From the IMG/VR virus record IMGVR_UViG_3300024252_000005: a stretch of DNA of 64,000 bases; one strand, 5' to 3'. The translations under genes were made by a program, and so were the position numbers. Below the pieces are notes generated by a model that saw only the letters and a list, made by a program, of their open reading frames with translations, was not told the DNA's origin and ran no database searches. Position 1 is the stretch's first letter; each line of letters begins with the position of its first letter. The stretch comes from a virus. Lineage: Duplodnaviria; Caudoviricetes. Of the stretch, positions 63,225 through 64,000 are shown piece by piece.

Positions 63225-63431
63225 TTAAACCTCATCATCTTTTTTGTTTTCTAGAACTTCATCGATGACACCAGTTTCTTTTAGATGGAACTCAAGAGCT
63301 TGACGTCCTTCCTCTGTGATGCTGATGTATTCTTCTTCGTTGCACATTGCTTCCTGATAGTAATCGAAGATCTTGCAGCCAAGGACAAAGCCTAAAGCTA
63401 GAATGATGATGTAGATTAGAGTGGAAAACAT
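63225..63431 (-). CDS. Small N-terminally anchored membrane protein
   Basis: LIYIIILALGFVLGC. Confidence 0.65.
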   Translation of the reverse strand: MFSTLIYIIILALGFVLGCKIFDYYQEAMCNEEEYISITEEGRQALEFHLKETGVIDEVLENKKDDEV

Positions 63432-63476
63432 TTGAATCCTTGTTGAGTGTTTGTTTGTTGTTGTCCTTACTTATAT

Positions 63477-63507
63477 ATTATATAATAAGGAATAACTTCG
63501 TTACACG
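63477..63507 (-). promoter_or_regulatory. Repeated phage promoter
   Basis: CGTGTAA-N18-TATAAT. Confidence 0.82.
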
Positions 63508-63546
63508 AAGTGTCGACGACCTAGGTGGCTAACCCGTCAAGGAAGA

Positions 63547-63960
63547 TTACTGAACGAAGTTTCGTTTGATCTCTTCTTGATTAGCGATGTCAACGAGCTG
63601 TTTGCTGTGCTTAAGTGCAATCTTTCGTGCTCTGAACATAACAGACTTTCCTTGAGCATAGTGACCTAGAACGCGCTCGCATAATGGGTGTCGAAGATCC
63701 TTTTGTGGGTAGCGAACTTCGTTGCGATCGTTCATCCCAAGGAGCCACCGAGCCATGCGAGTCCCAGCTTTAGCGTCAGCAGCTGAGAAGCCGACAGAGT
63801 TCTCATACTTGGTCGTTGAAGTCTTAACTTCATCAGAAGTCTGCAAATTGAAGAGTCGCACGATAGCTCTCATCACCGCGATGTCGTTGTCGTTTAGAAG
63901 TTGATCGATCTCAGATCGTGTCCATATGCGTAGTGTCTTTGTTGATGTCTTGTCAGTCAT
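63547..63960 (-). CDS. Hypothetical phage protein
   Basis: ND.AV.RAIV.LF..QT.DE...N.VGF...DA pattern. Confidence 0.7.
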   Translation of the reverse strand: MTDKTSTKTLRIWTRSEIDQLLNDNDIAVMRAIVRLFNLQTSDEVKTSTTKYENSVGFSAADAKAGTRMARWLLGMNDRNEVRYPQKDLRHPLCERVLGHYAQGKSVMFRARKIALKHSKQLVDIANQEEIKRNFVQ

Positions 63961-64000
63961 AGTTAATCCTTGATGGAGTGTTGAAATGTTGTTTTGGACC

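Noticed and set aside
46400-63510. CRISPR array or integron attC array
   Set aside because: The repeats are degenerate promoter-leader motifs separated by whole genes of variable length; no cas genes, no integrase and no attC-like palindromes
1-64000. Stop-codon reassignment
   Set aside because: Conserved enzymes (PurA, PurB, ligase, helicase) are full length in code 11, and TAA, TAG and TGA all end genes

Overview
A 64 kb slice of a large, AT-rich dsDNA bacteriophage genome (standard code 11). The evidence is dense small ORFans, phage-type replication and repair genes, tRNA genes and no host housekeeping operons. The left part (1-25.5 kb, mostly + strand) holds: a sigma70-family factor whose region 4.2 appears to be a separate ORF; large putative virion proteins; a GMP-reductase-like/purA/purB purine operon; a short RadA; a MoxR-VWA pair; an ATP-dependent DNA ligase; and secreted or lipoprotein genes. 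The middle (25.5-41.3 kb) holds small minus-strand genes, a serine protease, a deaminase, a nucleotidyltransferase, a PolX core, an ADP-ribosyltransferase-like protein and two tRNA clusters. The right part (41.3-64 kb, almost all minus strand) is an array of small genes, many preceded by a repeated promoter (NGTGYAA-N17/18-TAYAAT, 31 copies found in the window). It also contains several dispersed paralog families, a split helicase/nuclease/methyltransferase cluster and a compositional break near 57.1-58.4 kb. The most unusual observation is in the tRNA clusters. Three times, a tRNA or tRNA-like gene sits at the anticodon loop of a disrupted tRNA gene of apparently the same amino-acid class. 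In one case the two halves of a tRNA-Arg-like gene are still structurally intact and lie about 1 kb apart, separated by a homing-type endonuclease gene plus a D-armless, 8/4-stem tRNA-like RNA with a UCU anticodon. All calls come from manual motif reading; no database search was run.
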